Positions 54,313-63,912 of a DNA stretch of 64,000 nt are shown piece by piece. This DNA comes from Armatimonadota bacterium (GTDB lineage: Bacteria > Armatimonadota > SYMT01). A model generated the notes under the pieces. The model had not been told where the DNA came from, ran no database searches, and saw nothing but the letters and a program-made list of their open reading frames with translations. The DNA is taken from NCBI GenBank assembly GCA_046292385.1, contig JBKBRF010000006.1:96001-160000 (forward strand), read 5' to 3'. Position 1 is the first letter of the stretch. Each line of letters starts with the position of its first letter. The position numbers and the translations under genes are program-made.

Positions 54313-55143
54313 ATGGAGTATTCAGCTCAAGCTCAGGCAGCCTCCGGATATGGGACCGCGGGCATCCACGCGCCCCAGGCCTCCGGCAGGCAGCGCGCGC
54401 TCCGGCGCATCATGTTCGCCAGCCAGAAGGGCGGGGTCGGCAAGACCGCGTCGGCGGTGAACGTGGCGGCGAGCCTGGGCCTCTCCGGCTACCGCACGCT
54501 GCTGGTGGACACCGATCCGATCGGCAGCGTCGGCGCCTGCTTCGGGGCCTCGGTCGCTCCCGGGCATCCCGGCCTCTTCGGCATCGAGCAGTGGGAGCTG
54601 GCCGACCTGGTGATCCCGGAAGTCGGCACGAACCTCGACCTGCTTCCCTACGCGGAAGACCGCCGCGCCATCGACTTGAACGCGCTGCACCGCTCGCTGG
54701 TGGAGCTGGGGCGGCGCGCGGCGGGTGAATACGACTACGTGATCATCGACACGCGCCCGTCGGTGGCGGACATGACCCGGCGGCTCTGCCAGGTGGTGGA
54801 CGAGGTGGTGGTGGTGTTCCAGTGCCACCCGCTCGCCTACCGCACGCTCGGCGGTATCCTCGGGCAGCTCCGCGACGCCCGGGCCGACGGTGCCGGCGCC
54901 AACCTGCTGGGCCTGCTGCTCACGATGGTCGACCCGTCCGACCCGAACCAGGCGCAGCTCGAAACCCACATCCGCCGCAGCCTCGGCGCGGCGATGCTCC
55001 CGATCTCCATTCCCCAGGACCAGACCGTGCAGGAAGGGCTGATGGAAGACCGGCCCGCCGTGCTCTACCGGCCCGACTCGCCGTCCGCACGCGCCTATCG
55101 GCAGTTGACGGAGCACCTGGTCAGCGCGCGGACCCTGGCGTAG
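54313..55143 (+). CDS. ParA/Soj-family ATPase
   Basis: SQKGGVGKT, VDTDP, NLDLLP, YDYVIIDT.P, G.LLTMVD, P.S.SARAY..L. Confidence 0.9.
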   Translation: MEYSAQAQAASGYGTAGIHAPQASGRQRALRRIMFASQKGGVGKTASAVNVAASLGLSGYRTLLVDTDPIGSVGACFGASVAPGHPGLFGIEQWELADLVIPEVGTNLDLLPYAEDRRAIDLNALHRSLVELGRRAAGEYDYVIIDTRPSVADMTRRLCQVVDEVVVVFQCHPLAYRTLGGILGQLRDARADGAGANLLGLLLTMVDPSDPNQAQLETHIRRSLGAAMLPISIPQDQTVQEGLMEDRPAVLYRPDSPSARAYRQLTEHLVSARTLA

Positions 55144-55172
55144 GCCCGCGGTTTCACAACAGGTAGTAAGTG

Positions 55173-56828
55173 ATGAAAACCGTCTACTCCATAGGGATCG
55201 ACTTCGGCACCAGCAATAGCTGCGTGACGTATGCGACCTACCTCGATCGTGGCGACGGCGGCGTCGTCTCCGAGCCGCTCCACCGGCCCGAGGCGATCCC
55301 GTTCCAGCACCGCGAGACGCTGCCGACGATGCTGTTCCTGGGCGACGGCCGGGAGCAGCCGCCGCTCTTCGGCGCGCTGGCGGAGGAGAAGGCGCCGTTC
55401 TATCCGGAGCTCACCCGTTCCGGCTTCAAGCTGCGCCTGGGGCATCCCCAGCACGGCCGGGAGGCGTTCCTGCTGGCCAAGCAGTTCCTCGCCCACCTGC
55501 GGGCTCGCGCCGCGGAGGTGGTGCCGCTGGGCAAGAAAGACCCGAACGTCCGCTTCGAGACCGTGATCGGCCACCCGGTCCAATGGAGCGCGGACCAGCG
55601 CGAGGAGACCCGGCGCGCCGCCGTGGAGGCCGGCTTCCCGAACGTGCGACTGGAAGAGGAGCCGATGGCGGCGCTCTTTAGCCACCTCTGCGACGACCGC
55701 GACGGGTTCCAGCCGCGCCCCGGCAGCCGCATCCTGATGGTCGACTTGGGCGGCGGCACCACCGACTTCGCCTTCCTGCAGCTCTCGATGACGCCGGAGG
55801 AGCGCCCGGTCTCGATCCCGGTCGACCCTGCCGGCAGCGTCCCGGCGTGGGGCGACGGCCGCCGCACCTACGGCGGGCGGGACCTGGACCAGCTCCTGCT
55901 GCAGTACATGACCCGGGAGTGGGATCCGGCGATGGTGAAGCGCCACCGGCAGGCGCTGCTGCGGGAGGTCCGGCGGTTCAAGGAGGCGTTCTCCAACCGC
56001 ATGCGCGACGGCGCGCACGAGCACGAGGGCCTCTGGCTGCTGGGCGAGCAGGCGGTTTCGGTGCGCCTCACCCGCGACGAGTTCGAGACGCTCGCCGCCG
56101 AGTACATCGCCCAGTTCGAAGTGCTGCTGCGCGGCGCGCTGGAAGAGGCGCGGGTGGCACCGCGGCAGGTCGGGTACCTCGTCCTCACCGGCGGTCACTC
56201 CCGCTGGTACTTCGTCGACGAGGCGCTCCAGCGGGTCTTCCCGCATCTTTCCACCGCGAGCCGCACGATCCTGCGGCACACGAACCCGGAGCAGAGCGTG
56301 GCGCGCGGCCTGGCCTACACGCCGCTGGTGCGGAGCAATGCGTCCGGCGTGATGGCCCCGGTGCGGCGCTCCGCGCATGCCGTGTGGGTAGCGGTGCCGA
56401 ACGGGTCGCTGGCGGCGCAGGGCGCGCCGTCCGGCCAGGCGTGGGAAGAGCCGGTGCTGCTGATCCCGCGCGGGCAGCAGCTTCCGTTCCAGAGCCGCAC
56501 GCCGCTCCGCATCCGCGTGGAGCAGCTCGCCCTGGATGCCCGGGAGGCGACAGTGAACATCCGCTTCTTCAGCGGACAGCGCCGCATGCCGCTGGGCGAG
56601 CGGGTGGCGCGGTTCGAGCGGGGATTCTGGGAGCAGCTCACCAAGTCGTTCTCCCTCTGTCTCCCGTGGATGCGCAACGTGAGCGCGGACCAGTTCGAAG
56701 TGCTGGTGGCGTGCCAGGTGGATGAGAACGAGCTGATCACGGCGGAAGTGCTGGTCACCCGCTACCTGAAGGGCAAGCCCCAGGAAGTGCAGCGCCAGAA
56801 GATGCAGCTCAGCAGCGCCGCGGCGTAG
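55173..56828 (+). CDS. Atypical Hsp70-family protein
   Basis: GIDFGTSNS, EEPMAA, DLGGGTTD, GGRDLD, KEAFS, LTGGHSR, PEQSVARG; short divergent C-terminus without a DnaK lid. Confidence 0.88.
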   Translation: MKTVYSIGIDFGTSNSCVTYATYLDRGDGGVVSEPLHRPEAIPFQHRETLPTMLFLGDGREQPPLFGALAEEKAPFYPELTRSGFKLRLGHPQHGREAFLLAKQFLAHLRARAAEVVPLGKKDPNVRFETVIGHPVQWSADQREETRRAAVEAGFPNVRLEEEPMAALFSHLCDDRDGFQPRPGSRILMVDLGGGTTDFAFLQLSMTPEERPVSIPVDPAGSVPAWGDGRRTYGGRDLDQLLLQYMTREWDPAMVKRHRQALLREVRRFKEAFSNRMRDGAHEHEGLWLLGEQAVSVRLTRDEFETLAAEYIAQFEVLLRGALEEARVAPRQVGYLVLTGGHSRWYFVDEALQRVFPHLSTASRTILRHTNPEQSVARGLAYTPLVRSNASGVMAPVRRSAHAVWVAVPNGSLAAQGAPSGQAWEEPVLLIPRGQQLPFQSRTPLRIRVEQLALDAREATVNIRFFSGQRRMPLGERVARFERGFWEQLTKSFSLCLPWMRNVSADQFEVLVACQVDENELITAEVLVTRYLKGKPQEVQRQKMQLSSAAA

Positions 56829-56876
56829 ATCGCCTCCAAAAGCGATCCCGCCCCGGCGAGGTGGGGAGATTCGGAA

Positions 56877-57416
56877 ATGAGCCAGATAGAGAGTTACACG
56901 ACCGAGCGGCGCGGCTGGTGGGACCGCCTGTTCGGCTCCGTGGCAGGTCGAACGGAGGGTGAGATGCAGTATGAGTTACCCGCGGACTCGCTGTTCGCCG
57001 GCACGTGGAGCGGTGGGGGCGTCTCGTCGATCGCGGACGTTCCGGAGCAGGTGAAGCACCAGATCCGGGAAGAGGCAGTCCTGGAGACGTTCAACCGGCT
57101 GGAAGCGTCGCTGCGCTTGCTGTTGTACGCCACGACGCCGGACAAGGAGCCGCCGGACGCGGAGCAGTGCCGCCAGATCCTGAACGTCTGGCGCTACGAG
57201 CTGGAGCACCGGGTGAAGCTGACGCCGGACACCTACTGCGGGGCGGTGCAGCGCTACGAGCCGGAGATGGAGCGGGCGTACACGATCGACGCGCGCTGCC
57301 AGCCGGGCGACCTGCTGCGGATCCGGGTTCCGTGCTGGAGAATGAACGAGCGGGTGGTGGTGCGCGGCGAAGCCGAGCCGATCGACTCCCCCGTCGAGGC
57401 CCCGGCCGAGCGGTAG
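56877..57416 (+). CDS. Hypothetical protein with a GrpE-like C-terminal beta domain
   Basis: GAVQRYEP...QPGDLLRIRVPCWRMNERVVVRGEA recalls the GrpE head; directly follows the Hsp70 gene; GGGAG RBS. Confidence 0.6.
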   Translation: MSQIESYTTERRGWWDRLFGSVAGRTEGEMQYELPADSLFAGTWSGGGVSSIADVPEQVKHQIREEAVLETFNRLEASLRLLLYATTPDKEPPDAEQCRQILNVWRYELEHRVKLTPDTYCGAVQRYEPEMERAYTIDARCQPGDLLRIRVPCWRMNERVVVRGEAEPIDSPVEAPAER

Positions 57417-57461
57417 AGACCCGATGCGCGGCCGCTGCCCCAACCCTCAGGAGAGCGCCGC

Positions 57462-57944
57462 ATGATCTCGCTGCACGACTACCTCCGCGCTCGCCACGGC
57501 GGCGCCTACCGCGCCCTGCTGCGGAGCCTGAACGGGCTCACGGAACAGCAGGCGCTCGAAGGCGCGTCTCCGCACTGGAAGCGCTACCGCCTGGGCACCG
57601 GGCTTGACGGCTCGATCGCGGGGATCGTCTGGCACGTCGCCGCCTGGAAGGCGGTGGCGGCGGACGGTCTCGACACCGGCCTCTTCCCGGACGCGGAGGC
57701 GGTACTGCCGGCCGAATCGACCTGGGCGGGGCTGCTCTCCTGGCTGGAGCTCTCCCACTCCCGCCTCACCCGCTACCTCGACGAGGCTCCACCGGAGGCG
57801 CTCTCCCACACCGTCACCGTGGAGGGGGAGGCGATGCGGGTCTACGAGCTGTTCGGCCACTGGATCGAGCACGACCAGTACCACGCTGGGCAGGTAAACC
57901 TGCTCCGCCAGCAGCGCGGCCACACGTTCCCCGGCGAGGAGTGA
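57462..57944 (+). CDS. DinB family protein
   Basis: GLTEQQA, SIAGIVWHVA, HWIEHDQYHAGQV His-triad pattern. Confidence 0.88.
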   Translation: MISLHDYLRARHGGAYRALLRSLNGLTEQQALEGASPHWKRYRLGTGLDGSIAGIVWHVAAWKAVAADGLDTGLFPDAEAVLPAESTWAGLLSWLELSHSRLTRYLDEAPPEALSHTVTVEGEAMRVYELFGHWIEHDQYHAGQVNLLRQQRGHTFPGEE

Positions 57945-58050
57945 CCCCTCTCGAGAGCTGTGCCACGGGGATGCGGGAACTGAAGAAACGGAGCAGCGAC
58001 GCCGGATGCGCAGATCGCCCGCGGGGTGGAGTGCGCGCCTTCCGAAAGGT

Positions 58051-58206
58051 GTCATCCTGAAGGCACTGAAGGATCTCGGCAGCCGTGCTGGTCCGGGATA
58101 TGCACGCGGGTGACGAGGACTCTGCTGCCGGTGCCCTTCCGCACGCTATGCCTCCCGCTCCGGCTCGAGCTGGGTGACGTAGATCCTTCGCTGCGCTCAG
58201 GATGAC
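58051..58206. repeat. Complete MITE/REP-like element (family B) with inverted ends
   Basis: GTCATCCTGAAGGCACTGAAGGATCT ... AGATCCTTCGCTGCGCTCAGGATGAC; interior shared with 23543-23640. Confidence 0.8.
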
Positions 58207-58280
58207 GTGAACGGAGGCGGCGCAGTGTTGCCGCAGGGCTCGTCCGACACGGATGGGGCTCCTGACACGACCAAAGAGTC

Positions 58281-58322
58281 AAAGAGGGGAGCGAAACCGG
58301 TTGACCCGGCCGCGCTCCCCTC
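58281..58322 (-). terminator. Probable intrinsic terminator downstream of the FKBP genes
   Basis: GAGGGGAGCG...CGCTCCCCTC stem followed on the minus strand by TTTGACTCTTT. Confidence 0.55.
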
Positions 58323-58344
58323 CGTCCCACTGACGATCCGGCAG

Positions 58345-58923
58345 TTAGCTGCCTTTGATCTCCAGCAGCTCCACGTCGAAGACCAGGTCCGCGTTCGGCG
58401 GAATGGGACCGCCGGGAGTACCCTGCGCGCCGTAGCCCAGGTCCGACGGGATCACGAGCTGGCGCTTCTCGCCCACCTTCATGCCTTCCACGCCAATATC
58501 CCACCCCTGGATCACCCGACCCATGCCGAGGGGGAAATCAAAGGGTTGGCCACTGTCCCGAGAGCTGTCGAACTTGGTGCCGCCCTCACGGAGCCAGCCG
58601 GTGTAGTGCATCACCACGTTGTCACCAGCCTTGGCCTCCTGGCCGCTGCCCGGCTCGATGATCGCGTAGGTGAGCCCTTCCTTCACCTGATACTTGTCCT
58701 TGTCCAGCTTCGCCCAGGGACCCTCACCCGGGATCAGCGGCTCTCCGGCGGAGGCGGTGCCGCCTTCCGGCGCGTTACCGGTTTCCGGGGTGTTGCCCGT
58801 CGCCGGCTCGCTCGCGGTGTTGCCTGCGGGCGCGTTCCCGGTGTCGGACGGCGTCTCGGCCGGAGTGCACCCCGCGGTCAGCGCGGTGAGGGTCGCCAAC
58901 ACGGCGATTGGAATCCATCGCAT
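58345..58923 (-). CDS. FKBP-type peptidyl-prolyl isomerase, lipoprotein
   Basis: LTAGC lipobox; HYTGWL, FDSS, VIQGWDIG, IPSDLGYG, IPPNA.LVFDVELL. Confidence 0.93.
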   Translation of the reverse strand: MRWIPIAVLATLTALTAGCTPAETPSDTGNAPAGNTASEPATGNTPETGNAPEGGTASAGEPLIPGEGPWAKLDKDKYQVKEGLTYAIIEPGSGQEAKAGDNVVMHYTGWLREGGTKFDSSRDSGQPFDFPLGMGRVIQGWDIGVEGMKVGEKRQLVIPSDLGYGAQGTPGGPIPPNADLVFDVELLEIKGS

Positions 58924-58942
58924 CACGAACTCTCCTTGGTCT

Positions 58943-59758
58943 CTACTTGCCAACACCGAGCAGCTCCACCTCGAAGACGAGGGTGGAGCCCGCCGGGATC
59001 GGGCCGATCGCCCGGTCGCCGTAAGCAAGGTCCGCGGGGATCACGAGCTGGCGCTTCTCACCGACCTTCATGCCGGCCACGCCTTCATCCCAGCCCTTGA
59101 TCACTTCCCCGCCGCCGAGCGTGAACGCAAACGGCTGCTCCCGGTCGACGGAGCTGTCGAACTTCGTGCCATTGGTGAGCCAGCCGGTGTAGTGGACCTC
59201 CACCCGGTCACCCTTCTTGGCGGCGCTCCCCTTGCCGGGTGTCATGATGGCGTACTTCAGGCCGCTCTTGGTCTTCGTGAACGCTTTCTCTTCCAGCTTC
59301 TGGGGCTTGGTGGGGGTCTCCACCACGTTGCCCAGCTTCACCAGCTCGATCTCGAAGATCAAGGTGGCGTTGCCGGGGATCGGTCCGCCCGGGGTGCCGC
59401 GCTCGCCATAGGCCAGCTTCGGCGGGATCGTGAGCTGGCGCTGCTCGCCCACCTGCATCCCGGTGATTCCCTCTTCGAAGCCGGGGATCACCATCTGCCG
59501 GCCGAGCCGGAACTCGATCGGCTCATTCCGGTCCCGGGAGGAATCGAACTTCTTCCCGTCGGTCAGCCAGCCGGTGTAGTGGACGAACACCTGCTGCCCG
59601 CTCCGGGCGGCGTCGCCCTTGCCCGGCTTCAGCACGGCGTATTTCAGGCCGCTCTCGGTGGTCTTGACCTTCTCCGGGTCGACCTTCGCCGGCTCGCTCC
59701 AGGCGGCGGTCGCCAGGGAGAGCGCCGCCAGCAGCGGCAGGCTCGCGCGTAGTGACAT
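58943..59758 (-). CDS. FKBP-type peptidyl-prolyl isomerase, two domains, exported
   Basis: Signal peptide; two T.SGLKY...VHYTGWL...FDSS...LAYG...L.FE[IV]EL domains. Confidence 0.93.
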   Translation of the reverse strand: MSLRASLPLLAALSLATAAWSEPAKVDPEKVKTTESGLKYAVLKPGKGDAARSGQQVFVHYTGWLTDGKKFDSSRDRNEPIEFRLGRQMVIPGFEEGITGMQVGEQRQLTIPPKLAYGERGTPGGPIPGNATLIFEIELVKLGNVVETPTKPQKLEEKAFTKTKSGLKYAIMTPGKGSAAKKGDRVEVHYTGWLTNGTKFDSSVDREQPFAFTLGGGEVIKGWDEGVAGMKVGEKRQLVIPADLAYGDRAIGPIPAGSTLVFEVELLGVGK

Positions 59759-59966
59759 GTCTAACTCCCTACTCCTCGTCGGCTCCGCCCCGCCGTCCTC
59801 TGCCTGGACGCTCCGAGCTGCGGATGCGTTAGAGAAAGATACGTGGGGCGGGGCGCCGCGTCTCTCAAAAAGAATGGGGCTCCCCTGTAAGATTACAAGG
59901 GCGGGGCCACTGCACGCGTCAGCCGGCCCGGCGCCCGCCCGTTCGAGCGAGAGAGGAGCAGCGCAA

Positions 59967-60929
59967 ATGAAGGCGATCCGAGTCCACGAGCCGGGCGCGC
60001 CGGAAGTGATGAAGCTGGAGGAGCTACCGGATCCGCAGCCGGGAGCCGGAGAGGTCCTGGTGCGCGTCCGCGCCGCCGGCGTGAATCCCGTAGACACCTA
60101 CATCCGCACCGGCACCTACGCCATCAAGCCGCCGCTCCCGTACACGCCCGGCATCGACGGTGCCGGCACCGTGGAGCAGGTGGGGGAGGGGGTAGAGCGT
60201 TTCCGTCCGGGAGACCGCGTCTACGTCTCCGGCGCGCTCACCGGCACCTACGCGGAGCTGGCGGTCTGCGCGGAGCGGGACGTCCACCCGCTGCCGGACA
60301 ACACCTCGTTCGCCGCGGGCGCGGGCCTGAACGTGCCGTACGCCACCGCCTACCGGGCTCTGTTCCAGCGGGCTCACGCCGCGGCGGGGGAGACGCTGCT
60401 GGTCCACGGCGCCAGCGGCGGAGTCGGCATCGCGGCGGTCCAGTTCGCCCGGGCCCACGGCATGACGGTGGTCGGCACCGCCGGCTCCGACCGCGGACGG
60501 GAGCTGGTGCTGGCGCAGGGCGCCCACCACGCGCTCGACCACCACGCCCCGGACTACCTGGAGCAGGCGCTGGCGCTGACCGGCGGCCGGGGCTTCGACG
60601 TGATCCTGGAGATGCTGGCGAACGTGAACCTGGGCAAAGACCTCCAGGTGCTGGCGCCCGGGGGCCGGGTCGCGGTGATCGGCTCTCGCGGGACCGTGGA
60701 AGTGAACCCGCGCGACGTCATGGCCCGCGAAGCAGCGGTGTTGGGGGTGCTGCTCTTCGGCGCCACCGACCGGGAGCGCACGGGGCTGCACGCGGCGATC
60801 TATGCGGGGCTGGAGAACGGCACCCTGTGCCCCGTGGTCGGCGAAGAGATCCCGCTGGCGGAGGCGCCCCGCGCCCACCAGGCGGTGATGGAGCCGGGAG
60901 CGTACGGAAAAGTAGTGCTGGTCCCCTGA
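59967..60929 (+). CDS. NADPH:quinone reductase (zeta-crystallin-like MDR)
   Basis: [49 protein letters not shown]. Confidence 0.92.
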   Translation: MKAIRVHEPGAPEVMKLEELPDPQPGAGEVLVRVRAAGVNPVDTYIRTGTYAIKPPLPYTPGIDGAGTVEQVGEGVERFRPGDRVYVSGALTGTYAELAVCAERDVHPLPDNTSFAAGAGLNVPYATAYRALFQRAHAAAGETLLVHGASGGVGIAAVQFARAHGMTVVGTAGSDRGRELVLAQGAHHALDHHAPDYLEQALALTGGRGFDVILEMLANVNLGKDLQVLAPGGRVAVIGSRGTVEVNPRDVMAREAAVLGVLLFGATDRERTGLHAAIYAGLENGTLCPVVGEEIPLAEAPRAHQAVMEPGAYGKVVLVP

Positions 60930-61024
60930 GCCAGCGCAGCACCGCAACCCGGGGCGCGCCAGCACGTTGCTAGATAGACTAGGCTTACATCGGATTGACT
61001 TCTGATCACTCGTCAAGCTTTCCC

Positions 61025-61613
61025 GTAGTCGTTCATCTACCCGCCTGGGTGTATGAGGCTGGGCGCGGGCTGACCGTGGGCAGCCGCTTCGCAGGTACGG
61101 ATGAGATAATCCCAGACTTGGCGGCGGTGGAGCCGGAGTGTGGCGACGACGGTGAGGATCCGCTCCACGAACTGCGCTCCTACCTCCGACTGGTGGCCAA
61201 AGCTCCCTTTGCGCCATAGTACCGCGGCTCGCAGGCGGGTGGCGCGACGACGACCACCTGGTCTACGGCCTCGATAGGCAGGAACTCGCGGAACTTGCCG
61301 GAGTGGCCGGACTGCCCGCCCCACTTCTTGCCGGAAGGCGGTTTGGAGGGGCGCTGGCGCCAGGGCGGATCGCTGGATGGTGGGCGCGAGGAGTTGCGGG
61401 AGTTCCGGTACTGCGCTTCGGTGAGTGCCCGGACTTGCTCCTGGAGGGGGAGCACGACCGCGTGGAGGTCTCGCACCATCTGCTGGAGCGTAGGGATATC
61501 CGTCGGCACGTCGTCGGTGACCGGCTCGGGGGAGACCGGCTCGTGAGGAGGCTGGCTCACACTCCAATAGAATCACATCTCCGCCCCAGCGAGTCATCCC
61601 GGTGAATGATTAC
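61025..61613 (-). mobile_element. Internally deleted IS66-family element (non-autonomous remnant)
   Basis: Imperfect terminal IRs GTAGTCGTTCATC / GTAATCATTCACC enclosing only the N- and C-terminal transposase fragments. Confidence 0.82.
61037..61560 (-). pseudogene. IS66 transposase pseudogene (N- and C-termini fused out of frame)
   Basis: N-terminal NSRNSSRPPSSD...GGQSGHSG...PPAC; another frame gives LRAAVLWRKGSFG.QSE.GAQFVERILTVVATLR, the IS66 C-terminus; the DDE core is missing. Confidence 0.85.
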
Positions 61614-62644
61614 TCCTCATCTATCTAAACTCCACTTGAGACGATAAGCGTTTTGATACGCCGCTCGCTGGCAATCGCAACCCGACAGCTGGTCCATCCA
61701 GCCGCGAGGCCAATGCGGATGCGGCCGACCCAACACCGAGAGCAGACGATGATTGCTTGCTTCATTCAGTGGTGGACGCCCGGCACCTCCGAACGCGCGC
61801 TCATTGATGACCTCCGCTAGCAGCAGGAACCCCGGAAGCGCCGAGAGGAAGGAGATACTCACCACGTCGCCTTCCGGCTCCGGCTCGAGACGTAGCTCAG
61901 AGCAAATCTCAACTCTATCTCCATCACCTAGCAGCCTCCCAGCAACGGAGCGTTCTCCGGAGCAAGCACGCCACCCGCCTCCAGCAGTCCCGTGGACAGG
62001 GTGCTCCCGAGCGCTGGAACTCCAACACCGCGGCGATAGAGCCGAGACGGGCGGAACTTCCTCGCGGGGCTGCGGGCTCTTCAGTCTCGCTCATCGGCTC
62101 GGCGTCGAGCCGGAGATCCGCAACAAGTGGCCGGTGAGTTACTCGCTAAGCCCATCCGCCAGAGGAAGCGCCCCCTCGCTCTTCATTCACGGGAACGTGT
62201 TAGCCGACAGGCGCTCGGAGCGCCTATCATCGCTGGCTCCGAGATCCCGTACTGATTAGCTTGGTGTCAGAACCAGGAAGGCCGGCGGTTCCTCGGGTCG
62301 CACCGAGGAACGCACCCATGCCAACCAGCCTCAATCGCCGCACCCGAGAGCCCAGCAGCCAAGGCTCACGGCGATAGCCACTAGCGTCGAAAGGAAACGG
62401 TGCCCAGGAAAACAAAAACTGGCGCGTGACATGCAAGGATTGCAGAGGTCTATTGCACTCGCATCCCGAAATGGGTTCTGGTGGGCATCCTAGTCGGTGC
62501 CTCGAGCGCCAACGCAGGTGTTGGCAGCGTTGATGCCCAGTCGACCCGCCGGTGAGGCTCAACCGATCCCGACGCTACCTTGTGCTCTAGTAGGAAGCTT
62601 CATTGCGCCGGCCGCCGGCTCACGTACGAAGAAGGGAGAACAAC

Positions 62645-63868
62645 GTGCGTCACGGCTCGATAGCATTCTCGTTGTGGCTAACTGCCACCTTTGCCGCAAC
62701 GCTTACTCGCGCTGGTGCGGACCCGTCCCTCCCCTTGACTGAAGCTGTCGCCCAAGCCAAGGCGCGGAACCCAGTGGCTGCGGCCGCACGCGCCGAGGCC
62801 CGAGCCGCGCGCCGCGGCTTAATAGTTGCCAGGTCCTACCCAGCAGCTCACCTCATCTATGCTCCTGCGATCACCAAAGGTGGCGCACTGGAAGAGTTAC
62901 GAATCAGCCAACCACTTGAGTTCGGGAGGACGCGAGCGTCGCGTATAGGTGTCGCTCGCGCCCATGTGGCGGAGGAAGAAGCAACCGCCATCACAGAGAT
63001 ATCTGCACTGGTTTACGACGCGAAAAGCGCATACTTCGCCCTCGGGGAATCCCGAGCTCTTGCCCAGGCACATGCTTCAGCCATCGAGGCTACCACGGGT
63101 TTTCTTGAGACCGCCCGCAAGCGCGTTCTTTCCGGCGTGGCGCGCCCCGAGGACGAGGCTCTCCTCCAGATGTACCTCGAAGATTTGCGCATGAGCGCCG
63201 AGGAATACGCTATGAGCAGTAGGAATGCGGCAGTTTGGCTCAACACTCTAATGGCACGATCCCCTCAGGACCCAATAGGCGATCTGGAGCCGCTTTCGGT
63301 TGTGCCGATGTCCATGACGCAGGAAGAGGTGATCGCCAAGGCGCTCCATCAAAGCAGTTCACTGAGAGTGGATGCAGCGCGGCGCTCCAGCTTCGAGCAG
63401 CAAGCCAAGCAAGCAAGTAGTCTCGATGACCTCAAGGTAGCATTGCATTACCGTGCGGAAGAGGTCACGCGTGACATTCGCGAACAAGGATTCGGCGTTA
63501 CGTTCGTATTGCCGCTTGGCAGTCAGAAAGGCACACGTGCCGCGGCTGACCAGAAAAGAGCGCTTGCGTTGTCGCAGCAGCATAGGGAAACAGCGACGGA
63601 AAACGCTATTCGGAACGACGTGATCACGATCATGGGCGAACTCGCGCTCCTTGAGCAGTCCCTATCAGAGCACAAAGCCCGTATCGCATCTCGACAGCAC
63701 ATACTCCAGACACTCACGCGAGACTTTGAGACGGGTTCCGGTTCTGCACCCGCACTCATTGAAGCACACAGAGCATATCTGAAAGCCAGCAACGACGCCA
63801 TCCGGTTCCGGGCAAGACATGCTCGTGCCAAGGCCCTGCTCGATCGAGCCATGTCCGAGACCGATTGA
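62645..63868 (+). CDS. TolC/CzcC-family outer membrane efflux protein
   Basis: Signal peptide; LTEAVAQAKARNP, ISQPLE.G, KSAYF, LN.LM, FETG two-repeat OEP pattern; AAGGGAG RBS before GTG; lower-GC codon usage. Confidence 0.8.
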   Translation: MRHGSIAFSLWLTATFAATLTRAGADPSLPLTEAVAQAKARNPVAAAARAEARAARRGLIVARSYPAAHLIYAPAITKGGALEELRISQPLEFGRTRASRIGVARAHVAEEEATAITEISALVYDAKSAYFALGESRALAQAHASAIEATTGFLETARKRVLSGVARPEDEALLQMYLEDLRMSAEEYAMSSRNAAVWLNTLMARSPQDPIGDLEPLSVVPMSMTQEEVIAKALHQSSSLRVDAARRSSFEQQAKQASSLDDLKVALHYRAEEVTRDIREQGFGVTFVLPLGSQKGTRAAADQKRALALSQQHRETATENAIRNDVITIMGELALLEQSLSEHKARIASRQHILQTLTRDFETGSGSAPALIEAHRAYLKASNDAIRFRARHARAKALLDRAMSETD

Positions 63869-63912
63869 CGAAAACAACCCGGTTTAGTGTCGTGTCAGGG
63901 AAGCAAATCAAC

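Noticed and set aside
53187..55143. Chromosome or plasmid partition locus (parAB) or minCDE
   Set aside because: No parB, parS-like palindrome, minC or minE nearby; the first ATPase has a TM anchor.
55173..56828. Housekeeping dnaK
   Set aside because: Lacks DnaK signatures (TVPAYF, NEPTAAALAYG, DVTPLSLG linker) and the helical lid.
61617..62562. Short ORFs between the IS66 remnant and the TolC gene
   Set aside because: No RBS or family motif recognised and overlapping frames conflict; left uncalled.
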